A stretch of DNA of 62,464 nt, the filler included, from Choristocarpus tenellus KU-1152 (lineage: Eukaryota; Protista; Phaeophyceae): NCBI GenBank assembly GCA_964200185.2. It is 11 parts of 11 records of this genome, joined end to end, with 100 filler letters (N's around TTAATTAATTAA, not from the genome) between each part and the next. Parts side by side here need not be neighbours in the genome. Positions count along the whole stretch, not along the records: positions 1 to 3,356 come from CAXNAD020020575.1; positions 3,457 to 8,120 come from CAXNAD020013562.1; positions 8,221 to 11,937 come from CAXNAD020018329.1; 8 more parts are not named here. One strand, 5' to 3'. Of the stretch, positions 1-11,921 are shown piece by piece. A model generated the notes under the pieces. It saw only the letters and a list, made by a program, of their open reading frames with translations. It did no database searches and had not been told where the DNA came from. Each line of letters opens with the position of its first letter. Within the stretch, counting starts at the first letter, position 1. Made by a program: the position numbers and the translations under genes.

Positions 1-143
1 CCCCCTCAGATATATTGGGTCCAATCCTGACAACTGATGTGGTCAAAGGCATTCCCTGGGACACTCACAGGAGCAAGAAAGGAAAGCGATGGACAAACCA
101 GGTTCCCTTTCCAGCTTGGTACACCAAACTAGGAATCAGTTTT

Positions 144-402
144 GAGTGAAAGTATCTTAGAGGGTACGAATTTTTCCCTGTTTGTCCATTTGGAGCTTGG
201 CTTCCCACAGGTTTTTAATGACATTCTACCTACTCCAAAATGTTTCGGAGTAGGTAAAATGTATACGTTATGAAAAGGTGTGTCCGGAACAAGGATATTA
301 AAATCTCCTAACAAACATGATAGCCAAAATTACATTGAAATCACAACATTGAATTTTGGCCCCCAAATGGACGCGGCTCTACCCTCCAAGATACTTTGAC
401 TC
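144..402 (+). mobile_element. MITE family A copy 1 (Sola2-like non-autonomous DNA transposon, ~260 bp)
   Basis: TIRs GAGTGAAAGTATCTTAGAGGGTA ... TACCCTCCAAGATACTTTGACTC; flanks TTTT/TTTG; interior shared with 9 other copies in the window. Confidence 0.9.
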
Positions 403-599
403 TTTGCGGTCCTGGGCGAAATTGTGGAGGAATAAGAAGTCTTGCTTGAGGCTATAGAGCATGCTGCAAGTCCATACATGCTCAGAGACTTTTATCTGTG
501 GCAAGCATCATGATTTCGTGTCAGTCATCTCAATCCTGACACCCATGTTCAACCTGGTTCAAGTTACTCGTGGACAGGTAAGTACACAGCACATCGTTC

Positions 600-3100
600 T
601 AACCGTCATTTAAGGTTAACATTCTTTCTACTAAAGACGTTATGAGTGTAATTTTCGAGCCCGATAAAGAAGGGGAAGACAAGGCGAGGCTGTCTGATTG
701 AATGGGACGTTATCCTTTTGACCTTTTCTAACCCATTGGTATCCTACCCAGTTGTGACCAAACCTACGTTTGATAGGTTGTCACTCAAATCAGCTAAACC
801 GTATAATTTTTATGTAAAAGACATGGGAAACTAACATCCTAACCAGGTATTTGGATCATTTTTGTGAGATCTGACCCAGCAGTTGATAACTCAATAAGTT
901 GTAACTCAAACAGACCAAACGATTATACTACACTTGAGCACCAACATCAACATCTATCTAAAGCACAGCTTTCTGACAATTCTTTGGTATCCAACCCAAC
1001 AGTTGACATTCTCCAACAGGCTGTCACTCAAATAGGCCAACAGATTATACACTTGAGCAACAAATTTCTCAGTCACACCTTTCTACTATTTTTTGGTTTC
1101 CTACCGCTATAAAGTAACGACTTAAGCAGTGAAGCATTTTTCCAAACCTACTGGATCAGTGGGTAAAGACTTCGTTACACCTCTAAATGTGTTGCACAGA
1201 GTCAGCTTATTGTTGCATACATCTACAATCCAGCATTACTCTAAACTCCCGTACGCATTGCAGGTTTCATCTAATCGAGTATCAACTCCTGGCAAGATGA
1301 ATGATGATGCAGTTTCACACATAACAGTTGATACTGCAGCTGATATTCCACTTATTAGCTATTGTTACAATCAAGATCACCCGACTCTTTGCTCTGCTCA
1401 CATCAGTCCCATACCAAATGTTATCATAAAAAAGGTGCTGGGAGAAGACTTTTGTAAGTTTGTGACTATTAAGTCATTTTAACTAACCTTAGGAAATAAA
1501 AGACTGCCTGTTAAGCAGTAGTCCTAGGCGTTGGCAAAATGCTTTTAACAACAGTACCATGGCTGTTATTAGAGCTAGGTTGGATTGGGGGAGAGAAGAT
1601 TTTTTTTTATCTGAGGATAGTTCGCACTCCAGTCGCTCATAGAACTTCTCCTATACTCATTTTCAATCCACCATCCATCAGCCGAAATATTGTTTTCCCC
1701 TTTTCAACAGATATGACAGTTGTTGCAGTGACAACTGAGTTCACTCCACCTGTATATGTAGCGCATAAAACATATTTACCCCCGGAACCGAAACTGTTGC
1801 GTCAATATGTTCTCAGGCCTTGCCTGGAACGGGCAAAGGTGCTAAGGTGTAGCTTATTATCAAGACGAGTATTGACTTCATCAACACCGAGCACCAATCA
1901 ACTCTACCACAAATATACGATGCCTTACCTTTTCGCACAAGATATGGAAGGCAAACAATTGTTATTAATACTAATCTTATCAACCCGGTCACCTTTGATT
2001 AAATTATAGATTCTGGAATCGATTAGTAGTAACCACTGAGGTACAAGGTGAGCCAAAGTATCTTAGAGGGTAGGGCCTTGTCCATTTGGGGGCCAAAATC
2101 CATTGTTGTAATTTTGATGCAATTTTGGCTATCGTGTTCGTTGAGAAGTGTCAATATTCTTGTTCCGGATACACCTTTTCATGACATATACACTGTACCT
2201 ACTCCAAAATTGTTTTGGAGTAGGAAAATGTAATAAAAATACTCCATGGGAAGTCATGCCCCAAATGGACAAACAGGGCAAAACTTGTACCCTCTAAGAT
2301 AGTTTCACTCACTAAGTGCTGCACGCACTTAGCGTGCGTTACGAAGTTCACGGCAGATGCCGATTCATTCCGTGCACGAACCTTGGCCAAAGAGCAGGAC
2401 ATCATACGGGCGTGTGANNNNNNNNNACTCCATGGGAAGTCATGCCCCAAATGGACAAACAGGGCAAAACTTGTACCCTCTAAGATAGTTTCACTCAGGT
2501 TCAACACTCCATGCCCTTCATGATCGTAAAGTATCTGGACATCTTGCATTCAAGCACACTTTAAACCGGATTCGTTACCATTTTTGTGTGAGGTATACGT
2601 GGATCATGCCAAATAAAGCCGAAAACCATCTCCTTCAAACTTATCAAACCTTCTAGGGCACATGCGAGTAACAATGCCCATTTCGGAAAGTCACAATTGA
2701 TTTGGTAGATTACAAAAGACAGTCAGAAAAATCCACAAATGTCTTCTCTGCTGTGAACCATTTGACATTGTTTGCTCTGCTCAGTGCTATCTCTGACAAA
2801 CGAGAGGCGACAGTAGGAAAAGGATTGTCCAATCGAGCGTTTTCATTTTTCGTGTCCCAGAATATTACACTCCGACCAGGGTAAGGAATTCGAAAATAGA
2901 TTCGGACTGGAGGTACAAAAGATCTATTGATACAAGAAAACAAAAACGACACGTATCGACCTCCAGGCAACAGCATTCATGAAAGGATCCATTAGACAAT
3001 GCACAGCATGGTAGCAATGTATTCGAATACGAACCATTCGGATTGGGTATCAATATTATCTTTTGTTAAACTGGTTTACGATGCAACATATTACTCCACT
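600..3100 (+). mobile_element. Degenerate Ty3/gypsy retrotransposon remnant (protease and integrase fragments; RT/RNaseH not recognisable)
   Basis: Retropepsin-like ITVDTAADIPLIS at ~1320-1360. Integrase-core-like text across frameshifts at 2700-3090 (VFSAVNHLTLFALLSAISDKREATV, then ...QGKEFEN..., ...PPGNSIHERIH). Boundaries approximate. Confidence 0.65.
2050..2496 (-). mobile_element. MITE family A copy 2 (right end duplicated around a 10-N gap)
   Basis: GAGCCAAAGTATCTTAGAGGG at 2050; the end TTTCACTC occurs at both 2310 and 2496; perfect TSD AGGT flanks 2050 and 2496. Confidence 0.85.
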
Positions 3101-3135
3101 GTGCAAGAAACACACTTTTATATAATATATTAGTA

Positions 3136-3330
3136 TGCCCTCTCACATTTTGCAGATGTGTCAGGGGGAAACCAATGAAAACTATACATATGTCAGTATA
3201 AGCCCTAAAGAAACAAAATATCATAAATATGAAAAACACTATAAAACGCTGTGTGAAAACACTAATCTGTTACTTCAGCAATATCAATATTGTACTACTG
3301 CCTTCCTGTGCTTCCCATCTACCTACTCTT
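3136..3330 (-). mobile_element. 5'-truncated CRE-like LINE 3' end (hairpin family C)
   Basis: TGCCCTCTCACATTTTGCAGATGTGTCAGGGGGAAACC; 3285-3322 is the reverse complement of 27301-27340. Confidence 0.6.
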
Positions 3331-3356
3331 GCGCCCCGGGGGGGGGAGCTAGGGAG

Positions 3357-3456
3357 NNNNNNNNNNNNNNNNNNNNNNNNNNNNNNNNNNNNNNNNNNNN
3401 TTAATTAATTAANNNNNNNNNNNNNNNNNNNNNNNNNNNNNNNNNNNNNNNNNNNN
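3357..3456. other. Artificial contig linker N44-TTAATTAATTAA-N44 (also at 8121, 11938, 19267, 23408, 27201, 31798, 34420, 38499, 49663)
   Basis: Identical 100-bp spacer with stops in all six frames, seen ten times. Confidence 0.97.
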
Positions 3457-3503
3457 CCCACAGAATCATATTTTACACATGAATAAATAGCATATTCTTA
3501 ACA
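3457..3503 (-). mobile_element. Terminal fragment of a copia LTR (same family as 31109-31463)
   Basis: CCCACAGAATCATATTTTACACATGAATAAATAGCATATTCTTAACA is near-identical to 31417-31463; no polypurine tract next to it, so a 5' or solo LTR. Confidence 0.8.
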
Positions 3504-4035
3504 ATTGGGGTTCTCTTTCCTTTTCTTAGCAAGAGCGTCAGAGCTTTGGGCGTATGATGAGGGGGGGGGAGGGTGCACAGAGATTCTGCGGTAAGGAGAA
3601 AAGATGCAGCATGGAGAAAAGGGGTAGAGAGACTAGGGTGGGAGGATAGACACAAAGCAGAAAACGTTGAGGTAATGTTCAACAAGTCAAGGGGGGGAGC
3701 AGGGCAGGAAGGGGGCAGTGTTGACAAGATTCAGAGTAGAGAATATGGAAGAGGGGAAAAGAGTATGGGGGGTTTTGGGGTGGTACTAGCAATTATGAAA
3801 TGTTTCACGGAGCTACCCCTCCCCCTGATGCCTGTAGACACAGCAAGGAGGGTTTTCTTACCGTGGCTGAGCCGTTTGCATTATTCGATGTTTTTGGAGC
3901 ATATGTAATCCTTGACTGGATCTATGCTCACTCCTTCAACAAATAACAGAGCTGTCACCCCCAACATGGGGTGGAGTCCTTACAAGCTATCATAGATCAG
4001 CTCCTGTGGTTGAACTGTCTATAATTCAATTGAAT

Positions 4036-7000
4036 TGTCGAGACCAAACTGTTGAAAAGCTTGGCGCATGTAAGGCTCGTCGCCGAAAGCTAGCAGTTGA
4101 ATTACATGATAAAGCACACACTGAATTACTAATTGCACGTCAACCATCCATCATCACTGACGTGTGAATGAATGTTAACTCATTATATTTTAGATACGTA
4201 CGTACTTTGTATGATACCCAACTAATTATAAACGTACGGGTATAGCCTATGTAATATACTTGTATCGGCGCAAATAACGTAAGGATAAAACTAGGATATT
4301 CGACATCCTCCCCTTGCAGAAAACAAGTATTAACTCTCAAACAATCACATAAAAAAATAAATCACACATGATGTCTCACATGTTCATCAAAGACGTCACA
4401 TGTTGTCTGAAAACTCGAACTGGCCAATTCTTCAATACATCTGCCCTCTGATTTGCAGTACCAACAAAAATAACACGAATCTCTCTTTTTCTAGACAAAT
4501 CCCTTAAAAAATGATGTCGGACATCAATGTGCTTTGTTCTAGTAGAGCTTGTGGCATTTCGTAGTAGTTTCCATGCACCATCGTTATCCTAAAACAAGTC
4601 AATGCAACGCCTAGGAAACTGTGGCTGAATAAACTCAAAAACACTTCTTAAGGAAAGTAATTCCTGTGCCACAGTGCTAAGAGCTATTTATTCACTCTCC
4701 GTGTGGAAGACAGAGCTATAACCCTTTGTACCTTTGACATCTAAGATATTGCTCCTCCTGCAAACATAATTGCTCCTCCAGTCACTGATCTACGATCATT
4801 CCAGTCTCCAGCATAACTAGCATCAGCATACGTACTCAACTCACACTCAGTATCAAAACGACCAAAACTCAATCCAACACTGGGACACGTATTCAAATAT
4901 GCTAAAATGCATTTCACTGCACGCCAATGTGTGACTTTGGGATTGCTACTGTACTTGGCAACTTCACGAACTGCATTTGCAATGTCAAGTCTAGTCATAA
5001 TAGATGCCCACGTCAAACTACCAACTGCCTCTCTGTACCGTGTATTTTCATCAACACTTGGGTGATTCTCACTCTTGTCTAGATTCCTTGAGAGATCATG
5101 GGGTACCGACCTCTTCTTTGCCCCATCCATACCAAATCTTTGACAAACGCTCTTAATGTACCTAGTCTGGCTGATGGTGACAGTCTGTGCAGTTCTGTCA
5201 CCTGAAAGCTCACAACCCATATAATACTCAAGATCACCAAAGTCTTCTATAGAAAACTGCTCTTTAATCCTAGAGCGAACCTAAATCAAAACATCAATTT
5301 TACCAGCTACGAAAATATTGTCTACATGGGGGGCTATCACAGCACAATCAACGCCATCTCTTATATCGCGTAACACACAAGGGTCTGCTCTGCATTGTTC
5401 AAAACCACACTGTTCCAAAACATGCACCAACAGATTATTGAACTCTCTGCTAGCCTGTTTGGTGCCATAAAGTGCCTTGATCAAACACACAACCTTTCCA
5501 GACCATATACCACATCCATCGTAAAAACGAACAAAGATCTCTTGACTAATATCTGCTTGTATGAAAGCTTGGTTACATCCCAATGTTTTAATTCTCAATT
5601 TCTGTCTGCAGCTAAAGCTAATATCGTTTTCAAAGCCGCAGGGGACGGTGTTGGTGCAAAGGTATCTTGGTAATCTAAACCCTCAATCTGTCGAAAACCC
5701 TTTGCTATCAATCGTGTCCTTGTATCTAACTACCTCACCAAATTTGTTAGTCTTACGCTTGTGAATCCATTTAGTGCCTATTGCCCTACGCCCATGGGGA
5801 AATACTTCCTCCATCCAAACATTATTCAAAAACAAACCAGACATCTGTTCTGCTCTAGCTCTATCCCATAAATCATATTCGGGAGAGCTACGTGCTGCTC
5901 TTACAGTCTTGGGTTCTGGAGGGAGCTCTTCCGCTAACACTCTAATAGAATCATCACTCGCACAGATCGCAAGGGTAGTCTCTATGGAAACAGACAAACA
6001 ATATCAAACAATGGAACTCATTACAAAATAAAGCAGCAGAAAAATCAAAGAAGCTTGCATAATGGTAACCTCAGCATCCGGTCTCCACTTCCTGCCATCA
6101 CTGATTAGGCGGTCTGGTTCCTGGTGTATACGCCTAGCCTCCTGGTGTGTCTTAGGCTTCAACACCACATCAAGGGCGCGCCACCCTGCACTCGGAGACC
6201 CCCGCGCAATAAATATATACAAGGCTCGGTCTAGTAGCATGAGCAGCATCAGCTGCCAAGCCTTCCTCTTCATAACAATAAACATCTCTCTCATATTCCC
6301 CTTGTCCTCTCGATCAGTCCAGGAGTTCCTATTCTCAACACCCCCCAGCTTTTGGATTGAGAGTAGATACGATGTGTTCCCTTGCCATTTTCAGTCATAG
6401 CAACTGACACGGTCTTTAAACTTCGTTCCTGGCCTAGCCGGTTCCTCTGATCCAGTTAGTTCTTCCGCTGACCAGAGCGGAGTCACCCTCTGGCGATATG
6501 AATTTCCCACCGACTTTGGTGGTCCTGCCCTCCTCTGAGGACACACAGCTTGGTGGTGGCCTCGGCTCCCGCAGCTGTAACACAGTCCTCCAAATGTACA
6601 GGGACCAAAATGTCTTACCAATCCACACTTATCACATCTCTCTCGGGCCTGGGTTAGCCCCCTGGAACGGGATCCTGTCGTCCCAGGGTCAACAAGATGA
6701 CCAGTCGTACTCCAGCTACCACCTCGGCCAGCCTTTTTCATGGTCTTCGCGGCCAGAGCGCTCCCAGGATCTCCGCGATCAGCTGCTTCTCGTTGTAGTG
6801 AGAAGTAACGCGTACGAGCGGCTTGTTGAATTATGACCCTCGAACGCTCACTCTTATTGTGGTGCTGGAGGTAGTGTTTGGTGATCTGGTAGTCGCCATC
6901 TCAACAGTCTAACATAGCGATTTCTAGGACCTGCTCGGACATCACATGCCCCATCATCGCCATCTGGCCAACCCAGTCCAGCATCATCGTGAAAGTGACT

Positions 7001-7100
7001 TGAGGGTCTGACCCCTGCTCAGCAACACTCGCAGTCAGAGACAATACAGTAGCGGCAGTAAGAAACCATCGGAAGGAGTGGCCAAAATCACATTTTGTTT
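4036..7100 (-). mobile_element. Degenerate, internally deleted Ty1/copia retrotransposon with 3' LTR (~4036-4305)
   Basis: Gag zinc knuckle CYSCGSRGHHQAVC; RT motifs EPKT...AIGTKWIHKRK, KALYGTKQASR, ADPCV, HVDNI, YREAVGSL; RNaseH YADASYAGD...RRSVTG and TKHIDVRHHF; PPT AAGGGGAGGA (4306-4315) directly before an LTR with TGTCGA...TCGACA ends; many stops. Confidence 0.9.
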
Positions 7101-7174
7101 GACCTATCAGATCTGCACAAATATATCAATAGGTGACTTTAGAGTCAAAGTATCTTAGAGGGTAGAGCCGCGTC

Positions 7175-7694
7175 TATGCAAAAGAAAACTACTCAAGTAG
7201 AGTATTTTGCTTTGTGTGGTATGGATATGTTTATTAGCGGAGTGAGCACAGCCCTCGGTGGGGATATGTTTATTAGCGGAGTAAGCACAGCCCTCGGTGG
7301 TAGGGAGTGCTCTCTCTTATTGTCTTGCTTTGTGTGGTATGGATATGTTTATTAGCGGAGTGAACACAGCCCTCGGTGGTAGGGAGTGCTCTCTCTAATT
7401 GTCCTATTGTTTCTTACATATATCAGCTGACTCATCAACTGACACATCAAGACGTGTCCTGCCGTTACATCATACTATGTCACCTATCCTGTGTAGCTAG
7501 TGATACGTCAGAACTCTTCCAACAGTCCACTTATGTCAAGTAATAAGAAACCGAATATCTGAGATTCGAACTCATTACTTCACACACACTAACAGAAGTC
7601 GATGCCACTTGTTCCACTTAGCCGAGATTCCTGTTGTCTAGTGGTGTTCACTAAATGCATATAAACCATATAGACTATCAGTCTATATTGCACA
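7175..7694. mobile_element. Solo LTR (520 bp) with 5-bp TSD GCGTC, internal tandem repeats and a tRNA-like cassette
   Basis: Ends TATGCAAAA...TATTGCACA (imperfect TG...CA inverted termini); GCGTC at 7170-7174 and 7695-7699; removing the insert restores the MITE consensus; three repeats of GGATATGTTTATTAGCGGAGT..CACAGCCCTCGGTGG at 7222-7380. Confidence 0.8.
7553..7630 (-). ncRNA. tRNA-derived Pol III promoter-like element inside the LTR (not a functional tRNA)
   Basis: Minus strand reads GAATCTC GGCTAAGTGG ... TGAG TTCGAAT CTCA GATATTC: A-box-like, B-box-like, 4-bp T-stem with TTCGAAT loop, 6/7 acceptor pairing; no clean anticodon arm. Confidence 0.6.
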
Positions 7695-7772
7695 GCGTCT
7701 GTCTGGGGCCAAAATCCAATGCTTCAATTTTGATGTAATTTTGACTATTGTGTTTATTTGGAAGTGTTAATA

Positions 7773-8120
7773 CAGTAGGTGCCCGATTTTAGTTCACCCA
7801 TGGGCATGCCCAAACAAAACGGTACAGAATTGATGTGGTACAATATCGTAAAAAAAAGAAAACAGGAAATCAATCGTGGAATCGACTAATAATCGTGGCA
7901 TTCGTGGGAAATCAATCGTGGAATCGAGTAATTAATCGTGGCATTCATGGGAAATCAATCGTGGAATCGAGTAATTAATCGTGGCATTCGTGGGAAATCA
8001 ATCGTCGAAGTGACTGATCAATTGTGGCATTCGTGGGAAATCAATCGTGGAATCGAGTAATTAATCGTGGTGAGCTGGGAAATCAATCATAAAAGCGACT
8101 GATTAATCGTGGTGAACTGG
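7773..8120 (+). mobile_element. Left end of a putative Tc1/mariner (pogo-like) element with a subterminal minisatellite
   Basis: Starts TA|CAGTAGGTGCCCGATTTTAGTTCAC exactly where the MITE consensus breaks at a TA; the other end is lost in the gap. Confidence 0.5.
7865..8120. repeat. ~43-bp minisatellite, about 6 units
   Basis: GGGAAATCAATCGTGGAATCGAGTAATTAATCGTGGCATTCGT repeated head to tail; each unit is a dimer of ~21-bp AATCGTGG subunits. Confidence 0.9.
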
Positions 8121-9277
8121 NNNNNNNNNNNNNNNNNNNNNNNNNNNNNNNNNNNNNNNNNNNNTTAATTAATTAANNNNNNNNNNNNNNNNNNNNNNNN
8201 NNNNNNNNNNNNNNNNNNNNCCCCCCCCTCCCAGATACTTTGGGTCTCCTTTCAGATTATATTTGTAATTTCAAGTATACATTGTCACCCCTATGTGACA
8301 GAGTCTGGTCGCTATGTTGTCAGGTCTTGATTTTGTTGTGCAAGCTGACAGTTCCTCCTTCCAAGGAATGAGTTCCTCCTTGAAGTTTTCAAGAGTTAAG
8401 GATGGTGTAGCATTCCTAGAGACCAAGATCGCTGATAGAAACAACTAGTACCTAGAAACTTTTGTGCGGTTGATATTTTAGCTATTGAAGCAGGTCATAG
8501 ATAGTGGGCGAAATGCACACACTGGGGTAAATTTGGTATGTCGAAGATTCTTTGTGTGAAGTGCGTGAAATTGATAGAACTTTGTTGTCCCAAGGCTCTC
8601 TTGCCGCAATTTATGTGAGGATCGATGGTCCATCATAGGTCCAAGGAATTGTTTGATTTACAATTGTCAAGGTTTCCCGTACTCAAGTCTGGGCATACTG
8701 CAAAGAATATGGACTATCTTTGGCAGGCATATCTGTTCTATTGGCTGCGTGTATATGATACAGTGCGAGTGTGAAGTACTTAGAAAAATATGATTTATTA
8801 TATAATATTTCATTATGGTATATCGCTAAGCTGTGCGTAACATTTATGTACCTATTTCTTTCTTTCTGGCAAGGGGCCACGGTAGGGGTGTTGGTATGTT
8901 CTGGACTGGACAGTAAGTACAGGCAACCTCTTTATTGTTATGTTCCGACCTCCCCGTTTTTCCTTGCGCTGTCCTTTCCTTCTTTCTCATTTTTTTTCAA
9001 CCTCTGAACCACATGTTGGAAAAAACATAGCTTCATTAATATTTATCAACCAATAAAATGGTATTTATAGTAGACTGTTCAAGCATAGGCTACCACTCTC
9101 TTCTTACCCTACAGATACTGCACAGTACCACCAGCTATTCCACTACTACAGGTAGCGTAGTGTGTAAGCATCTAAATCGTACGTGTACGGCTCCAGGTAC
9201 ATGTATGTCAGCACGACTGACCATTGCAGTATATGTGAAACTATAGTATACACTGAGATCCCTGGAATTAGCAGACA

Positions 9278-9490
9278 TGTTACAGCACGCTCCAGAAAAG
9301 CATACTCCACAGGATATATAGCTCCAATCCACAAGCCTATAGAAGATGCTGATGCATACAAGCCTCTCAGGTTACTTCAGCAATCCAGATGTCCAACACG
9401 TGGCAGATTAGTCGAACAGGAGGTACTTCTCATTTATAATATCAATGGGTAATTTGCATCAAATATAAGAAGTGTTTGGAGGACTGTTCA
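9278..9490 (+). mobile_element. Degenerate solo LTR family D copy
   Basis: Begins TGTTACAGCACGCTCCAGAA and shares TAGCTCCAATCCACAAGCCTAT with 41558, 42946 and 49393; right end unclear. Confidence 0.6.
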
Positions 9491-10379
9491 TTAAACAGCA
9501 CTCTTTGTTTCTTTTCTTATTATCTGCAGGGTTTTTTTAGTTAACAGAAGTTGGAATACATCTGAAAACTGTTGCGACATTCCCAAGTTAGAGATATCTT
9601 ACTCGCAATCCTTACCAAATAGGAGTTCTTTATAAGATTCCTCACACGTGTATACTGCTCGCGCTTGTTAGAACGTGAGAAGAAATATTCGCGCTATTCA
9701 TCTGTGACAGACATTCTTCGAACTTACAAACTCAGTATGTGGCACATGGGATGACTCAGAATTCTATTCAGGCCCCTTCAATTTTTCTCTCACATACAAA
9801 CAAACGCTTTGGTCATCTTCCAAGAAGGAGAGCGGATTTTCTTTTATTCGTAATCCAAAACTTCTACAACTGAAGGGACTGCCGTATAATATGTCTTTGT
9901 GCACGCTTTCTAGAAGTGCGGACATTGTGAGTTCACACTAGATACAAAAAAAAGTGTGTCACCTTAGTCGCCACCTAAGTGCATGATGCAAGCTGTGTAA
10001 TCTTTGTAATGCCTGCACTAGTACCATGTACCAAATGTATTGTTTGAGGGCGATTTGTTTTATTTTCACCTGGTGCCACATGCTGAGCAAGATATTGTAT
10101 CCCTCAGAGATGCTTGACTTAGCTTGTGTCAGGAAGTACCCTTCAAGGCCAATGTTCGTTTGCTGTCTGGTGATCTTTGTGCCTCCTCTGTTCGCATGCA
10201 TAGTTATGGAGATGAAAGTCTCTCTACAGCTTTGAGGGAGCGGAATTAATTGTAGGCGATTGTCCTGATGAAAAACACTTTTGCAACCTATCAAGTGTTC
10301 TTACTGTGGTTGAAAAAATAAAAAATGGAAATCTGAGGCTGTCATTCAAGTTTTTTTTTGTTACGTGTAAGTGCGCACA

Positions 10380-11560
10380 TGAGGGTAAGAACGTCCTTTA
10401 TACCACCTTCAAACCGACAAAAGCCCTGGTGATGAGAGCTGTGGGAGTCTTCCTTGGATTGACACAAGAGGGGTGAATGTAGCCTGCGCTTGATTCTTCA
10501 GATGTTCCCTGTATTTGTATCTCTTCGTCAGACGATCAATTGGCGAAGGTGGACTTCCCCTCTCCTGGATGTATGTTACAACATCCTCTTGTTGTGTTCT
10601 TGGTCCCTGCATTCATGCAACATTATTTTTTTACATTTTATTTAAAGAAGATTGAAACCCATCTACAACATTTTAAACGAGCTCAGATGAGCATGCATGT
10701 TGGGGCAATCATATCGAGTACACCTGCCTCTCACATTCGACAATCCTTAGTCGGCTACTGCCGACCTTCCATGAGCAGGATAGAGGGTACACACAAACCT
10801 CTCACAAATGGGTAGGACTGTGCATGAGTAACATTGGGGGCCTGTGTCTGGGGAGAAAGAGGAGGGAATAAGAGTCAAAGTATCTTTGAGGATAGAGCCG
10901 CGCCTTTTGGGGGCAAAAATCCAATGCTCCGATTTTGATGTAGTCTTGGCTATAGAATGTTTGTTAGGAAGTGTCAACATCCTTTTTCCGGACACACCTT
11001 TTAATAACGTATACATTTGACCTACTCCAAAACATTTCGGAGTAGGAAAATGTCCTAAATCGGAAGTCAAGCCCTAAATGGATAAATAGGGCAAAACTAA
11101 CACCCTCAAAGATACTTTCACTCAAAATAAGACCGGTTAGAAGCCACTGTAGTCCTGTTCAGCAGCACCAGAAGGGAAAGAAATTGTGGGGTTTGTGCCT
11201 TGTTGAGCCTTGGGGAGACGTTGTTAGGAGGAAAAGAGAAGGGGAGAAGATATGCTAGCCAGCAGCCACGGTGCTCAACCAGCACAAGGATAAAGCCACA
11301 GGGGGATGCTATATGGACTGCGCCTGGGGGAAAGAAGAGGAAAAGCTCCTTCAATTAGGAGCTAGAGTATTTGAGTAACTCCGGTAGAAAAGGAGCAGGG
11401 GGGACTGTGCCTGGGTGGCTGAGGTGACCACCTGTGCCTGGGAGGTTCTTATAATCTCTTCCTGCCTGTGAAGAAGGAGATAGCTTACCTAAGGATTGTG
11501 GTACACCTGTGCCAGGTCTTGCTCCTGATGCAATTTCGTTACATACTCCATTTGTAACTT
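10380..11560 (-). mobile_element. Degenerate CRE-like non-LTR retrotransposon C-terminal region (restriction-like endonuclease)
   Basis: KRYKYREHLKNQAQATFTPLVSIQGRL resembles the K..KY...F.P.V....G.L RLE tail; decayed Cys/His knuckle at 10650-10740; split by MITE copy 4. Confidence 0.4.
10872..11123 (-). mobile_element. MITE family A copy 4
   Basis: Both TIRs present; flanks ATAA/AAAA. Confidence 0.9.
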
Positions 11561-11739
11561 GTAGGGGAGTCTTGATATACCTCAAGGGAGTACAGAATGA
11601 TAGAGAGCAACATAAACAAGCAAACAAAAACGAATATCAAAGAACTCAATTATTGCTCTCAATTCTAGTCATTTCTATGGGTCTTGCTATAGAAATTTCT
11701 CCGCATTTTCTACGTTTTGCTCGATTTTGACCTCTTCTT

Positions 11740-11921
11740 GGCTCAAAGTAGTATCTATGGGGTGGTGGCAGCTGTCCATTGGGGGCCTATTTTTACATGT
11801 GGCGATTTTTGGGTGATTTGGTTGCATGCATCGGATGGATAATGTAAGTGCACTTTCCCTGGTCAGGACCCGAATGGACACCCTGGTGTAGACCCCCCCC
11901 CCCCTTCAGTTACTTTGCGCC
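11740..11921 (-). mobile_element. MITE family B copy (~180 bp, poly-G/C subterminal tracts)
   Basis: GGCTCAAAGTA...TACTTTGCGCC ends; interior is the reverse complement of 26967-27150. Confidence 0.8.

Larger units (their letters stand above)
7142..7772 (-). mobile_element. MITE family A copy 3, interrupted by two nested insertions
   Basis: TIR at 7142-7174; MITE consensus resumes at 7700-7772 after the solo LTR and is then cut by a TA-CAGT element. Confidence 0.85.

Noticed and set aside
2311-2427. GC-rich 107-bp segment between duplicated MITE ends (similar case at 48683-48748)
   Set aside because: Adjacent to 10-N gaps, and the TSD matches only the second MITE end; probably an assembly artefact
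3357-3456. Recurrent TTAATTAATTAA motif within N runs
   Set aside because: Artificial scaffolding linker; it also means synteny across linkers cannot be interpreted
7205-7400. Triplicated ~38-bp motif resembling a repeat-spacer array
   Set aside because: The intervening sequences are themselves repeated; ordinary tandem duplication inside an LTR
7865-8120. CRISPR-like appearance of regular repeats
   Set aside because: Units are contiguous with no unique spacers, no cas genes are present and the context is eukaryotic; it is a minisatellite
8250-10300. Decayed coding-like sequence around the family D LTR
   Set aside because: No motif I could assign with confidence
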